Source: Candidatus Woesearchaeota archaeon (lineage in GTDB: Archaea > Nanobdellota > Nanobdellia > SCGC-AAA011-G17 > PNOQ01). Taken from it: a stretch of DNA of 64,000 nucleotides. The stretch is taken from positions 11,803-75,802 of the forward strand of contig JAGWAE010000002.1 of assembly GCA_018302135.1 (NCBI GenBank). The letters are read 5' to 3'. This document shows positions 49,201 to 59,025 of this stretch, piece after piece. Every line of letters begins with the position of its first letter. The stretch's first letter is position 1. Under the pieces are notes generated by a model, which saw nothing but the letters and a program-made list of their open reading frames with translations, was not told the origin of the DNA and made no database searches. The position numbers and the translations under genes are program-made.

Positions 49201-51667
49201 AGTTTTGTTGAATTATAGTGTTTTTGATAGTGATTTAAGAAATATTACCGTACATCTTTATGGAAATGACGTTTTGTTGAATACAAGTGAAAATATTGCC
49301 AACGGAACTGAATTGATTTATAATTGGACTGGATTATCTTTAGGTAAATATAATTGGTCTTTGGAAACTTCTAATGGATTAAAAAATTCGACAAGAGAAT
49401 ATAATTATTTTAATTTGACTAATCTGACAGTTAATTGTGAAGCTGGTGGGCCTTATCAAGGAAATGCTTTGGTTTTAGTTCATGGTAATGTTAGTGATGG
49501 CACAAATTATTTGAATTCTGGTAGTGTTAATGTTAGTATTTTAGATGGTGAAACTCTAGTTTCAACAAAAAATATAACTTTGAGCTCAAATGGAAATTTT
49601 GAAACTAGTTTTGCCGATTTAACTTCTGGATTGTATACTTTAAATGTCACCGGGAATTATTTTGGGGTTAGTAAATCTTGTGTAGATGATGTAATTTTGG
49701 GAAATTCTGCAAGTTTAGTTTTGAATAAAATTATATCATTATATAATTTAACAAATGAAACATTGGATTATAACATAACTCTTAAAGTTATTAATAAGGG
49801 AGGAAGCAATGCAACAAGTACAACATTGATTGATGATGATTCTGATTCAAGCCCGTATAATATTGGAAATATTTCTGGAAATGAAACAATTAGTTTTAGT
49901 TATATAAAAACATTTGCGAGAAATAGTAGTATTTACAATGTAACCTTTGCAATAGCCAATGTTAGTGGAACTGATTCATATGGTGGCGGAGAAGTATCTG
50001 CAAGTTCATCACAAATTCTGCTCACTGTTCCAGATACAACCCCCGAACAGCAAATAAACTTGATTAAAAATGCATATTATTTATCAGAAAATTCTACTAG
50101 TGTTACTTACAATTTAAGTATTGAGGTTGTAAACTCCGGAGGAATTGATTTGAATTCAATAACATTAATAGATTCTGATTTGAGTATTAATACTGTTATA
50201 AACTTAAATAGGACAGAGAATTATTTAGATTCTGGGATAATTGTTATTGATAAGGCTGCATCAAATACTAATAAATTATTTGTAAGCGCTACTGCTACTG
50301 TGAATGTTTTAACATATTCTTCAAATCAAATATTAGTAAGAATACCCGGTTATGGTGGGCCAGCGGATGCTATTGTTTATACGCCTAGTTCAGTATTAAC
50401 TTCTACTTCATTCGATACTAATATAACTGTAGAAAATCAAAATTCAGATATAGGCCAAGATTTTGTTGTAGATTATTGGATAACTAGTGATAATGAAACA
50501 ACAAATTATAGTTCTGGCCAACAAACCATATATGTTGGAGCTTCAAGTACTTCAAATATAACAGCTATATTAACTTCACCATCTAGTCCTGGAAATTATA
50601 GATTTAGATCTTTAGTGACATGGGTTGGCGGAACTGCAACTTCTTACGATAGCTTTGAGGTTACAGCACCTAGTGTAGTTTCTGAAACCCCTTCTCAAAA
50701 TGGGGGAGGATCTAGTGGCGGTGGAACGCGGGTAAGACCTATTGAAGAAATAACTGGAGATGTTATTTTTGATCAGAATAAATTGATACAGGTCATAGAA
50801 TATCCAGATAATATTATAATATCTTCTGAAGAAAATTTAACTAAAGAATTTATTGTAAAAAACACTGGAAACAAAACACTACATAATATGAAAATAACCA
50901 TATCTGGATTGCCTTTGGGATTTTATTCAATAACTCCTAACTCAGTGGATATTGGTGTGATGAATACTCAAAGTTACAAAATAGTTTTTACCCCTACGGG
51001 AGATTCTAATAAATATTTATTTAAATTTATAATTAGTTCTGATGAGTCTTATAACGAAGAAAATTCAATTTTACAAGTTATAAACAAAGACAAAGAATCA
51101 ACAAATTTCTTCAATAAAATAAATCCAAAAGTTTATACTCTTTTTACGGTAATGTTTGTGTTTGGAATTTTGGTTATTCTATTGATAAGAACAAGCAATA
51201 AGACCATAAAAAAAGTATTTCTAATAAGTTTTCCAATTATTCTCATAGGAATCAATGAATATTTTTATTCAGATGGGATAATTAGTGGTTTGATATCAAA
51301 GGATTTATTTAATTATAATAATTTGATTATGATACCTTATTTGGTATCTCTTATTATATTATTCTTTGTTTTTTGGATAATCCTTCGGAAGTATAAGATA
51401 AAACCTTACGTGAGAAAACAGAAATATGCCAAGAATACGGTAAAAGGTTTGCTGAAGAAAGAAGTATATACCTCTTCTGGCCACCATATGGGTAAGATTA
51501 TGGAAATTATTGTTTGTAAAAATAAAATTGATAGTTTGGTGATAAAATCAAGAAAAAAAACTAAAGCTAAGGGGATATTAGTGAAGTATAAAGAAGTAAA
51601 AAGTATTGGTCAAATAGTGATTATAAAATGTGATTCTGTAGAAAAATTTAGAAATTTGCAAATCTAA
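46220..51667 (+). CDS. Large cell-surface glycoprotein: parallel beta-helix repeats, Ig-like domains, TM anchor, cytoplasmic PRC-barrel-like tail
   Basis: Signal peptide. About 25 NN.I.NN.I...YGIYL repeats. Many N-x-S/T sequons. GGGSSGGG linker and three TM helices. C-terminal LLKKEVYTSSGHHMGKIMEI. Confidence 0.85.
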   Translation: MNNKYFILLMICITLVVEFASAEIISSCQTISSPGSYELNQSITSTTTCMTIAVSNVDFNCNGSTISYNSGGGATNYGINAIYLLVPLENITIRNCDIKDVNAAGTPSAGIQFTRVTDSVILNNTIQTNGTTLNHGITLTTGCKRNRIENNTINTWGSGITNVGIYLNTEASNNNITGNIVRGVGTLTSYAVYFAADANNNSVNNNNLSTISTVVAANADPHVVVISASNLNNITNNNIYGEGAQRGYAVYITTNAESNNIQNNDIIINLTTGAISYGIYILRSPSTNVINNTITPIGTGTLRGVYVANAQYTNIQNNNISILSPAITTADGILVTASPNSSVLNNDILINATSTVNAISSTSSANNRIENNNINILGNGTATTFNGVLTTTSYSNSIINNSIYIKGITVLNGVLLTTSPDNIVENNSINVTGTGATNVGIYLSSAAPSNIVRNNTIYSSASIPAYGIYLLYDGVNNLIEKNTITTYGTTNANFGIYLSTGTNENRIINNTVTTLGAGTTNYGIHLLTCNNNYVGYNNISTNGTTANHGIYILTQANNNTAENNIISTYGTTGSYGIYINSANYNKLIGNNITANGSTQVAGTTTSNYGIVVGASSYFSEVYNNTIYNGGGRYNYGIYSLTNSRWGTFTGNNVNTGGTGNLNVGAYISESHYNTLENNVFSTSGSTTNHAVYLHSSARENVIENNNISTSGGTDSHAFAFLYVAAGGYPERNIIKNNELLSISGRDIDFATASINGTTLIDQVIGNYSFTGTAGTLIIRNESAGQIEFGAVLSGASTFFSNRIFIWPNLAGIEESTSALNKSATITFYNVSTSSTELQIYRNGGICPETICTNLTTMQAGNVTFNVTRGGNYSILATSSSPSVELNYPDNSFNSSSQNITFNFTAIDDSVGDLNCSVYINNVINQTNYSVSNGTLTSFIINGLQENNHTWYIECYDYLGNRNVSETRNFSVIISQPSYNFNYPGNNSYINDVSSVLLNYSVFDSDLRNITVHLYGNDVLLNTSENIANGTELIYNWTGLSLGKYNWSLETSNGLKNSTREYNYFNLTNLTVNCEAGGPYQGNALVLVHGNVSDGTNYLNSGSVNVSILDGETLVSTKNITLSSNGNFETSFADLTSGLYTLNVTGNYFGVSKSCVDDVILGNSASLVLNKIISLYNLTNETLDYNITLKVINKGGSNATSTTLIDDDSDSSPYNIGNISGNETISFSYIKTFARNSSIYNVTFAIANVSGTDSYGGGEVSASSSQILLTVPDTTPEQQINLIKNAYYLSENSTSVTYNLSIEVVNSGGIDLNSITLIDSDLSINTVINLNRTENYLDSGIIVIDKAASNTNKLFVSATATVNVLTYSSNQILVRIPGYGGPADAIVYTPSSVLTSTSFDTNITVENQNSDIGQDFVVDYWITSDNETTNYSSGQQTIYVGASSTSNITAILTSPSSPGNYRFRSLVTWVGGTATSYDSFEVTAPSVVSETPSQNGGGSSGGGTRVRPIEEITGDVIFDQNKLIQVIEYPDNIIISSEENLTKEFIVKNTGNKTLHNMKITISGLPLGFYSITPNSVDIGVMNTQSYKIVFTPTGDSNKYLFKFIISSDESYNEENSILQVINKDKESTNFFNKINPKVYTLFTVMFVFGILVILLIRTSNKTIKKVFLISFPIILIGINEYFYSDGIISGLISKDLFNYNNLIMIPYLVSLIILFFVFWIILRKYKIKPYVRKQKYAKNTVKGLLKKEVYTSSGHHMGKIMEIIVCKNKIDSLVIKSRKKTKAKGILVKYKEVKSIGQIVIIKCDSVEKFRNLQI

Positions 51668-51714
51668 TGTTTTGGAACATAATATTTTATAAATAGACTT
51701 ATTTTTTCTTTTGT

Positions 51715-53538
51715 ATGTTAGATTTATTTCCTTTTGACAAACATAGAGATGCACAAGAATCTTTTATGAAAGTTGTAGGCACTGCATTAAAACATAAAAA
51801 AGATGTTTTGGCCCATGTTCCAACTGGAGTTGGAAAAACTGTTGCAACATTAGCTCCGAGTTTAGCTTTTGCTTTGGAAAATAAAAAACATGTTATATTT
51901 TTAACTTCTAAACATACACATCATAAAATTGCTGTTGAAACTTTAAAAATAATAAAAGATAAAAAAAATATTAATTTTCAAGTTGCGGATTTTATTGGTA
52001 AAAGATGGATGTGCCCAAGAGAAGATGTTGGAGCTTTAAATTCTAAGGAGTTTGGAGAATTTTGTAGATATGTTGTAGAAAATAAAGAATGCCCCTATTA
52101 TGAGAATTATTATAGTAGAAGTAGAATTTTTACTAATAAATTATTACTTGATGAACTAAATAATAACATCTTTCATGTTGAAGAATTAATTGATAAATGT
52201 AGAAATGCACATGCTTGTAGTTTTGAAGCGGCTGCTGATTTGGCTAAAAAATCTAAAGTTGTAATATTAGATTATTATCATGTTTTGAATCCAATAACAA
52301 GAGCTAATTTTTTTAAGAAGATTGAAAAGGATGTAGAAGATTGTATTTTTATCTGGGATGAGGCACATAATCTGGCTGGAAGAGCAAGAGAATTGTTAAG
52401 TGAATATATTAATACTTTAAGTTTGGATTCTGCGATAAAAGAAGCTGAAAGGTTTAATCAAGATTTGGCTAGTGTTATAGTTGGGTTAAAAGAAAGTTTG
52501 TTGGGTATGAGTGAAAAATTAAGTTTAGATAAAAATGAGGTTTTAGTTAATAAAACTGATTTGATTAATTTGAAAGATGAAATTATAACTGAAATGTTTG
52601 AAACTGCTGAAAAAGTTATTGAAGAAGAAAAAAGAAGTTATTTAAACTCTTTAGCGGGATTTTTGATGCTTTGGAAACAAGAAGACAAAAGATTTACGAG
52701 AATTTTAAAAAGAAGTTTTAACAGAATGGGCAAACCTATTATAAGTTTGTATTACAACTGCTTAGATCCAAGTATTGTACTGGCTCCGATAATCGAGCAA
52801 GCACATTGTAACATTTTTATGAGCGGGACTTTACATCCTTTAGATATGTATGAAGAAATATTTGGTTTAAAAACTCCAATAAAAGTTGAATATGAAAATC
52901 CATTTCCTTCTTCTAATAGATTAGACTTGATTGTGCCTAACATTAGTACTAAATATACTTCAAGAAATTTGGAAATGTATGAAAGAATTGCTGATAATAT
53001 TAATGAATTAATTAAAGTGATAAAAGGAAACAAAATATTCTTTTTTCCAAGTTATGAATTGATGGATAAAGTTAAAGATAAAATATTTGGTGAAAATCTT
53101 TTTATAGAGAACCAAGGAACTGATAAAGGTTCTAGAGAAGCATTACTTAGAAAATTTGTTGAGTTAAAAGATAAAAGTTGTAGTTTATTGGCTGTTAGTT
53201 CTGGCAGTTTTGGTGAAAGTGTAGATTTAATTGGTGATCATTTAGTTGGAGTTGTTATAGTTGGCATTCCTTTTGGCAAAGTAGATTTAGAAAGCAATGA
53301 ATTGATTAGGTATTATGAAGAAAAATTTAAGAAAGGAATGGAATATGGTTATATAATTCCGGCATTTACTAGTATTATGCAGAATTCAGGCAGGTGTATT
53401 AGAAGTGAGAACGATAAAGGAGTTATCGTTTATTTAGATGAAAGATATTTATCTCCAAATTATAAAAAATATTTTCCATCCACTGTTAAGTTTAAAGTAG
53501 CTAGAGATTATAAAGAAGTTGAGAAGTTTTTTAAATAA
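51715..53538 (+). CDS. XPD/Rad3-family Fe-S DNA helicase
   Basis: PTGVGKT, four Fe-S cysteines, DEAHNL, SGTL and Q..GR.IRSE.D.G. Confidence 0.92.
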   Translation: MLDLFPFDKHRDAQESFMKVVGTALKHKKDVLAHVPTGVGKTVATLAPSLAFALENKKHVIFLTSKHTHHKIAVETLKIIKDKKNINFQVADFIGKRWMCPREDVGALNSKEFGEFCRYVVENKECPYYENYYSRSRIFTNKLLLDELNNNIFHVEELIDKCRNAHACSFEAAADLAKKSKVVILDYYHVLNPITRANFFKKIEKDVEDCIFIWDEAHNLAGRARELLSEYINTLSLDSAIKEAERFNQDLASVIVGLKESLLGMSEKLSLDKNEVLVNKTDLINLKDEIITEMFETAEKVIEEEKRSYLNSLAGFLMLWKQEDKRFTRILKRSFNRMGKPIISLYYNCLDPSIVLAPIIEQAHCNIFMSGTLHPLDMYEEIFGLKTPIKVEYENPFPSSNRLDLIVPNISTKYTSRNLEMYERIADNINELIKVIKGNKIFFFPSYELMDKVKDKIFGENLFIENQGTDKGSREALLRKFVELKDKSCSLLAVSSGSFGESVDLIGDHLVGVVIVGIPFGKVDLESNELIRYYEEKFKKGMEYGYIIPAFTSIMQNSGRCIRSENDKGVIVYLDERYLSPNYKKYFPSTVKFKVARDYKEVEKFFK

Positions 53539-53570
53539 AATTTATATACTAGTGAAATAATTTTTTATTT

Positions 53571-54203
53571 ATGGATATACAAACTGCCGCTTTGAGGTTT
53601 GGAATTACTTTTCTTTTAGCATTTATATTTGGTATAGAAAGACAAAGAGAGCATAAACCAGTAGGTTTTGGAACTTTTAGTTTTGTTTCTGTTGGTTCAT
53701 GTGGTCTAGCTTTGGTTGCTACAGATCTTTACTCAAATAATCCTTTGCCTTTGCTTGCAGCAATTGTTACAGGTATTGGTTTTCTTGGAGCAGGTGCATT
53801 AATCAAAACAACTGATAAAATATTTGGATTTACTACTGCAGCAAGCATTTGGTTATTTGCCATAATAGGCTTAATTGTTGGAGTTGGAGAGTATAATATT
53901 GCATTGATGATATATATTTTAGTCTGGATAGTTATAATTGTTGATAAAATTCTACAAATAAAAGGTATTGGATCTTATCAAAAAAAATTGATTATAACTA
54001 CTAAAAATATGATAACTGAACAGGAAGTTGACAAATTGTTTGATGAATTTAAAACGAAACATAAATTAATTGGTGTTGAAATGGATAAAACTAATAATAA
54101 AAGCAATCTTATTTATTTAATAGAAGGCACAAGAGATAATATAAATAAACTAGCCAAAAAATTATATGAACAAAAATGGTTAGCTAGTGTTAAGTCTGAA
54201 TAA
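53571..54203 (+). CDS. MgtC/SapB family membrane protein
   Basis: GIERQ...KP.G..TF, IVTGIGFLGAG and G.TTAASIW. Confidence 0.9.
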   Translation: MDIQTAALRFGITFLLAFIFGIERQREHKPVGFGTFSFVSVGSCGLALVATDLYSNNPLPLLAAIVTGIGFLGAGALIKTTDKIFGFTTAASIWLFAIIGLIVGVGEYNIALMIYILVWIVIIVDKILQIKGIGSYQKKLIITTKNMITEQEVDKLFDEFKTKHKLIGVEMDKTNNKSNLIYLIEGTRDNINKLAKKLYEQKWLASVKSE

Positions 54204-54243
54204 AAGAAAAAGTTTAAATAACTCCTAGATTTGATTATTTATT

Positions 54244-55469
54244 ATGTACACTAGTGAGATAAAAAATTCTTTAGAAGGCAAAAAGATAACATTGCGTGGC
54301 TGGGCACATGAATTGAGAGATTTGGCTAAAATTAAATTTGTTTTACTTAGAGACGAAGAAGGAATTATACAATGTGCTATTAAGACTGGAAAAGCTTTTG
54401 ATAATTTTGGTGAATTAAGCCAAGAGAGCGTAATAGAAATTACTGGAAATGTTAAAAAAGCCCAAGTAAAAAGCCCAGAAGTTAGTGTTAAAGATTTTGA
54501 AATTGAAGTTGTAGAATTGAATTTATTAAATAAAGCTGAAGTACTGCCTATTCAAGTTGTTGAGAAAGATATTGATACTGGATTAGCTAAAAGATTGGAT
54601 TATAGGTCATTGGATATTAGAAAGCCACGAGTGTCTACAATTTTTAAGATACAATCAACAATTGCTAACTCATTCAGAGAATTTTTTTATAAAAAAGGAT
54701 TTATTGAAATAAGGCGAAATATTTTGACAGAGATGCTTATTTGGCACAATCACCCCAATTGTATAAACAATTGTGCGCAATTAGTTGGGGTAAAGTATTT
54801 TCCACTTCTCCTGTGTGGAGAGCAGAAAAACATAATACACCAAGGCATTTGAATGAAGTAAGACAAATGGATATTGAAGTTGCTTTTGCTGATCAATTTG
54901 CCGTGATGAAATATCAAGAGGAAGTTATGAAACATATTATCGAAAATGTTATTGAAAAATGCAAAGAAGAAATTAAATTATTAAATTTAGATTTAAAGAT
55001 ACCTAAAGCAAAGTATATCAGTTATGATGAAACTATTGAATTATTAAATAAAAATGGAGTTAAAATTAAATATGGTGAGGATCTGGAACCGGAATGTGAA
55101 AAAAAGTTGTGTGAATTATTCAAACATAGTTTAGTTTTTGTACATTCCTGGCCAACATCAATAAAACCATTTTATATATGGCCAATTGATAAAAAAGTTA
55201 GTGGTGGTTTTGATATGTTGTATGGTGGAATGGAATTAAGCTCTGGTGGACAAAGAGTTCATGTTCCTGAAATATTAATTGAAAACTTGAAGAAAAAAAG
55301 TTTAAATCCAAAAGATTTTAAATGGTATGTTGATGCATTTAGATTTGGTGCACCCATGCATGCAGGTTGGTCAATAGGGTTAGAAAGAATAACTATGGTT
55401 GTTTGTAATCTAGATAATATAAGAGAAGCTTGTTTGTTTCCAAGAGACAGAGATAGGTTATCACCATGA
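54244..55469 (+). pseudogene. aspS: Aspartyl-tRNA synthetase, split by an apparent short deletion/frameshift at ~54712 (probably assembly error)
   Basis: OB-fold GWAHELRDL and RLDYRSLDIR in ORF1. YLAQSPQLYKQ, WRAEKHNTPRHLNE and GWSIGLER..FPRD in ORF2. Motif-1/EGG segment absent. Confidence 0.85.
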
Positions 55470-56746
55470 ATTTCATACAAATACAGGAAGCATTAGAAAA
55501 AAAGAAAGGCAATGTAGCAGTAAGAGGATGGATTTATAGAATTAGAAAATTAAAAGATAAAATATTTATTGTTTTGAGAGATTCTTCTGAAATTATTCAA
55601 TGTGTAATTAAAAATGAAGAAATGATTAAGGTTGCAGATAAGCTATTAATGGAAAGTTCTTTAGAAATTGAAGGTGAAATTTATTCTGAACCAAGAGCAC
55701 CAACTAAATATGAAATTGATGTTAAAAAATTAATAGTTGTTCACGCTTCTGAAGATTTCCCAATAAATAAGGACCAAAGCCCAGAATTTTTGGCAGATAA
55801 TAGACATTTATGGTTAAGAAGTAGAAAAATGACTTCTATTCTGAAAATTAGAAGTACTGTTTTAGAAGCAATGAGAGAACATTGGAGAAAAAAAGGATTT
55901 TATGAATATCACAGCCCAATGTTTATGGGGATGCAAGCTGAAGGAGGTTCTACTTTGTTTAAAGTAGATTATTATGGTAAACCTGTATATTTATCCCAAA
56001 CTTGGCAATTACATGCTGAACCAGCTATATTTGCTTTAGAAAAAATATTTACAATACAACCTGCATTTAGAGCTGAAAAGTCAAAAACATCTAGACATCT
56101 ATCTGAGTTATGGATGGCAGAAATGGAAGCTGCATGGGAGGGTTTTGAATATTTACAAGATGATGCCGAAGAAATGATTAAACATGTTGTTAAAAAAGTA
56201 TTAGCTGATAACAAAGATGAATTAAAAATTCTTGAAAGAGATATTTCTAAGTTAGAACCTGTGTTGAAAAAGAAATTCCCAAGAATGACTTATGATGATT
56301 CTTTAAAAATATTAGCTAAACATGATATGAAATTAGAATGGGGCAAGGATTTGAGAACTTTTGAAGAAGATAAATTAAGTGAGTTATACGATACACCGAT
56401 TATCATAACTAAATATCCAAAGGTAGTAAAAGCATTTTATATGAGAGAAGATCCTAAAAATTCAAAAGTAGTTTTGGGTTTTGATGTTATTGCCCCTGAA
56501 CATTATGGTGAAATTGTTGGGGCTTCTGAAAGAGAAACGGATATTAAAAAATTAAAAAAGAATTTAGAGGAACAGGGAGAAGACCCAAAAAAATATGAGT
56601 TTTACTTTGATACAAGAAGATACGGTAGTGTTCCGCATGGTGGTTATGGCGCGGGTGTTGAAAGAATTATTTCTTGGATTTGTGGCCTAGATAATATTAA
56701 GGATGCTATTGCTTTTCCAAGAACTATGACTAGATGGACACCATAA
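55466..56746 (+). CDS. asnS: Asparaginyl-tRNA synthetase
   Basis: RHLWLRS, EGGSTLF, FRAEKSKTSRHLSE, YGEIVGASERE and RRYGSVPHGGYG.GVER. Confidence 0.92.
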   Translation: MNFIQIQEALEKKKGNVAVRGWIYRIRKLKDKIFIVLRDSSEIIQCVIKNEEMIKVADKLLMESSLEIEGEIYSEPRAPTKYEIDVKKLIVVHASEDFPINKDQSPEFLADNRHLWLRSRKMTSILKIRSTVLEAMREHWRKKGFYEYHSPMFMGMQAEGGSTLFKVDYYGKPVYLSQTWQLHAEPAIFALEKIFTIQPAFRAEKSKTSRHLSELWMAEMEAAWEGFEYLQDDAEEMIKHVVKKVLADNKDELKILERDISKLEPVLKKKFPRMTYDDSLKILAKHDMKLEWGKDLRTFEEDKLSELYDTPIIITKYPKVVKAFYMREDPKNSKVVLGFDVIAPEHYGEIVGASERETDIKKLKKNLEEQGEDPKKYEFYFDTRRYGSVPHGGYGAGVERIISWICGLDNIKDAIAFPRTMTRWTP

Positions 56747-56792
56747 GTTTATTTTAATAAACTTTATAAATTATTCAGCTTTCCCAATTTAA

Positions 56793-57941
56793 ATGGAAAA
56801 TTATTTTATAACTTCTGAATCTGTTACTGAAGGACATCCAGATAAAATTTGTGACCAAATATCTGATGAAATTTTAGATATATTAATTAGTCAAGATCCT
56901 ACTTCTAAAGTTGCTGTTGAAACTTTAGTAACTACAGGTAGTGTTCATGTAGCTGGAGAAATTACAACAGAAGGATATGTAGATGTTCAAGAAACAGTTA
57001 GAAGAGTTTTAAAAGAAATTGGTTATATTAATCCAAGATTTGGTATTGATTGTCAAGATGCAGGTGTTTGGGTTGCTATTCATAAACAAAGTCCTGAAAT
57101 TGCTATGGGTGTAAATAGTGAGGAACAAGGCGCTGGGGATCAGGGGATGATGTACGGTTTTGCTTGCGATGAAACAAAAGAATTAATGCCTATGCCAATA
57201 ATATTTGCGCATAAATTAACTAGAAAATTGGCTGAAGTAAGAAAGAAAAAAATAATAAATTATCTAGGACCAGATGGAAAATCCCAAGTTACAGTTCAGT
57301 ATGTAAAAGGTAGACCAAAAAGAATTGAATGTATTGTTATAGCGCAACAGCACACAGAAGAAATTTCTGAAAAAGAATTGAGAAAAGAAATTTTTAAAAA
57401 AGTGATAAAACCTATATGTGGAAAATTAATAGATAAAAATACTAAAATTCACATTAATGCTACTGGAAGATTTGTCATTGGTGGACCAGAAGGAGATACT
57501 GGGGTGACTGGAAGAAAAATTATTGTAGATAGTTATGGTGGAATTGGAAGACATGGTGGCGGTGCTTTTTCTGGAAAGGATCCTAGCAAAGTAGATAGAA
57601 GTGGCGCTTATATGGCAAGATATATTGCTAAAAATATTGTTGCTGCGGGTTTAGCAAATAAGTGTGAAGTACAAATAAGTTATGTTATTGGTGTTGCCAG
57701 ACCAAGTTCAGTAAATGTTGAATGTTTCGGAACTAATAAAATTCCTGAAGAAAAAATAATGAAGTTAATATATGAAAACTTTGATATGACTCCGAAAGGG
57801 ATTATAGATAAATTAGACTTATTAAAACCTAAATACAGACAGACTGCTGCTTATGGTCATTTTGGAAGGAATGAACCTGGATTTACATGGGAAAGAACTG
57901 ACCGAGCATTGTTATTAAGAGAAGAAGCTGGATTAGAATAA
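56793..57941 (+). CDS. metK: S-adenosylmethionine synthetase, bacterial/eukaryotic type
   Basis: [33 protein letters not shown] and AAYGHFGR. Confidence 0.95.
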   Translation: MENYFITSESVTEGHPDKICDQISDEILDILISQDPTSKVAVETLVTTGSVHVAGEITTEGYVDVQETVRRVLKEIGYINPRFGIDCQDAGVWVAIHKQSPEIAMGVNSEEQGAGDQGMMYGFACDETKELMPMPIIFAHKLTRKLAEVRKKKIINYLGPDGKSQVTVQYVKGRPKRIECIVIAQQHTEEISEKELRKEIFKKVIKPICGKLIDKNTKIHINATGRFVIGGPEGDTGVTGRKIIVDSYGGIGRHGGGAFSGKDPSKVDRSGAYMARYIAKNIVAAGLANKCEVQISYVIGVARPSSVNVECFGTNKIPEEKIMKLIYENFDMTPKGIIDKLDLLKPKYRQTAAYGHFGRNEPGFTWERTDRALLLREEAGLE

Positions 57942-59023
57942 ATGGTATACTTGATAAATTAATCCTAGTATAAACATTAACATCAAAAATATTCCTATTA
58001 TATATTTTTTACCTAAATGATATTCTGGAGTTCTGTAATGTTTTTTTCTCGCTCTGTGAAACATTAAAACTATTAAGATTCCATCTATGCCACCAGCAAT
58101 AGCTCCAGTTATTCCAATAACTTTTATAAAACTTGTAAAACCTGTTAAAAATATTACAAATGGAATAACAACAGTTAAACACCAAGCCCAAAAATTTTTA
58201 ATTTTATAATCATAGAAGTGAACATTGCAAGTGCTGCAAACAAATTGCCAATAATCAAAATGAATTTGCCAAAAGATTCTCCTAATCCAATTGTTGCTAT
58301 TTCTGTTGTTTTTGCTCCAGTGATTCCGAGAACTGCAAAAGTAAATAATAAATAAGCAAATAAAGGAATTAAAGAACCAATAATTATTGTTTTTTTTAAC
58401 TTTTTTTTATCGTGAGATAGATATTCTTTCATTTCTGGAATTGCTGCAGTTCCTATGAACGCGAATAAGACAACACCATAAGGCAAAAATATATTTTTTA
58501 GATTTATTGTAGCTAAATTAGCTAAATTAAACTTTCCTGAAAAAATTGAATATAAAAATAATCCACTAAAAATTAAAAAAACAGTTGTTATAAAAAATAC
58601 TTCTGATTTTGCTATCGTTTTTAAACCAATGTAAATTATTGAAGAAGCAACAACAAAAAACGCTATTGAGAATGTGATACTAGATAACCCAAAAACTGTA
58701 GCTAAAGCTTGACCAGAACCTATAATGTAAGCTATTAATGCACCATATATTCCAAATACCATAGAAAACATCATTAGCTTTTTTCCCGTTTTACCAAGAT
58801 AACGTTCAGCATAACCAGGTAATTGATGATTTCCCGGAGTTCTTAGTACAATCTCTCCTAGAAATAAATTTAACATCATCATTGCTAAACCAATTATAAT
58901 TATTATAAAAAATCCAGGAATAAATCCAACTTGAGAGATTACATAAGGAATTCCTAAAACTCCTGCACCTATAATTGTGCCGCATAATAGAGCAGTTGCT
59001 CTAAAAGTAGATAATGAATTCAT
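57933..59023 (-). pseudogene. Aromatic amino-acid (HAAAP/Mtr-TyrP-like) permease, frameshifted by an apparent deletion at ~58213
   Basis: GTIIGAGVLGIP and LPYGVVLFAF.G..AIPE. Continues in another frame as YDYKIKNFWAWCLTVVIPF...GITGAIAGGIDG...QVYHLF* ending at 57933. Confidence 0.8.
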
Positions 59024-59025
59024 AA

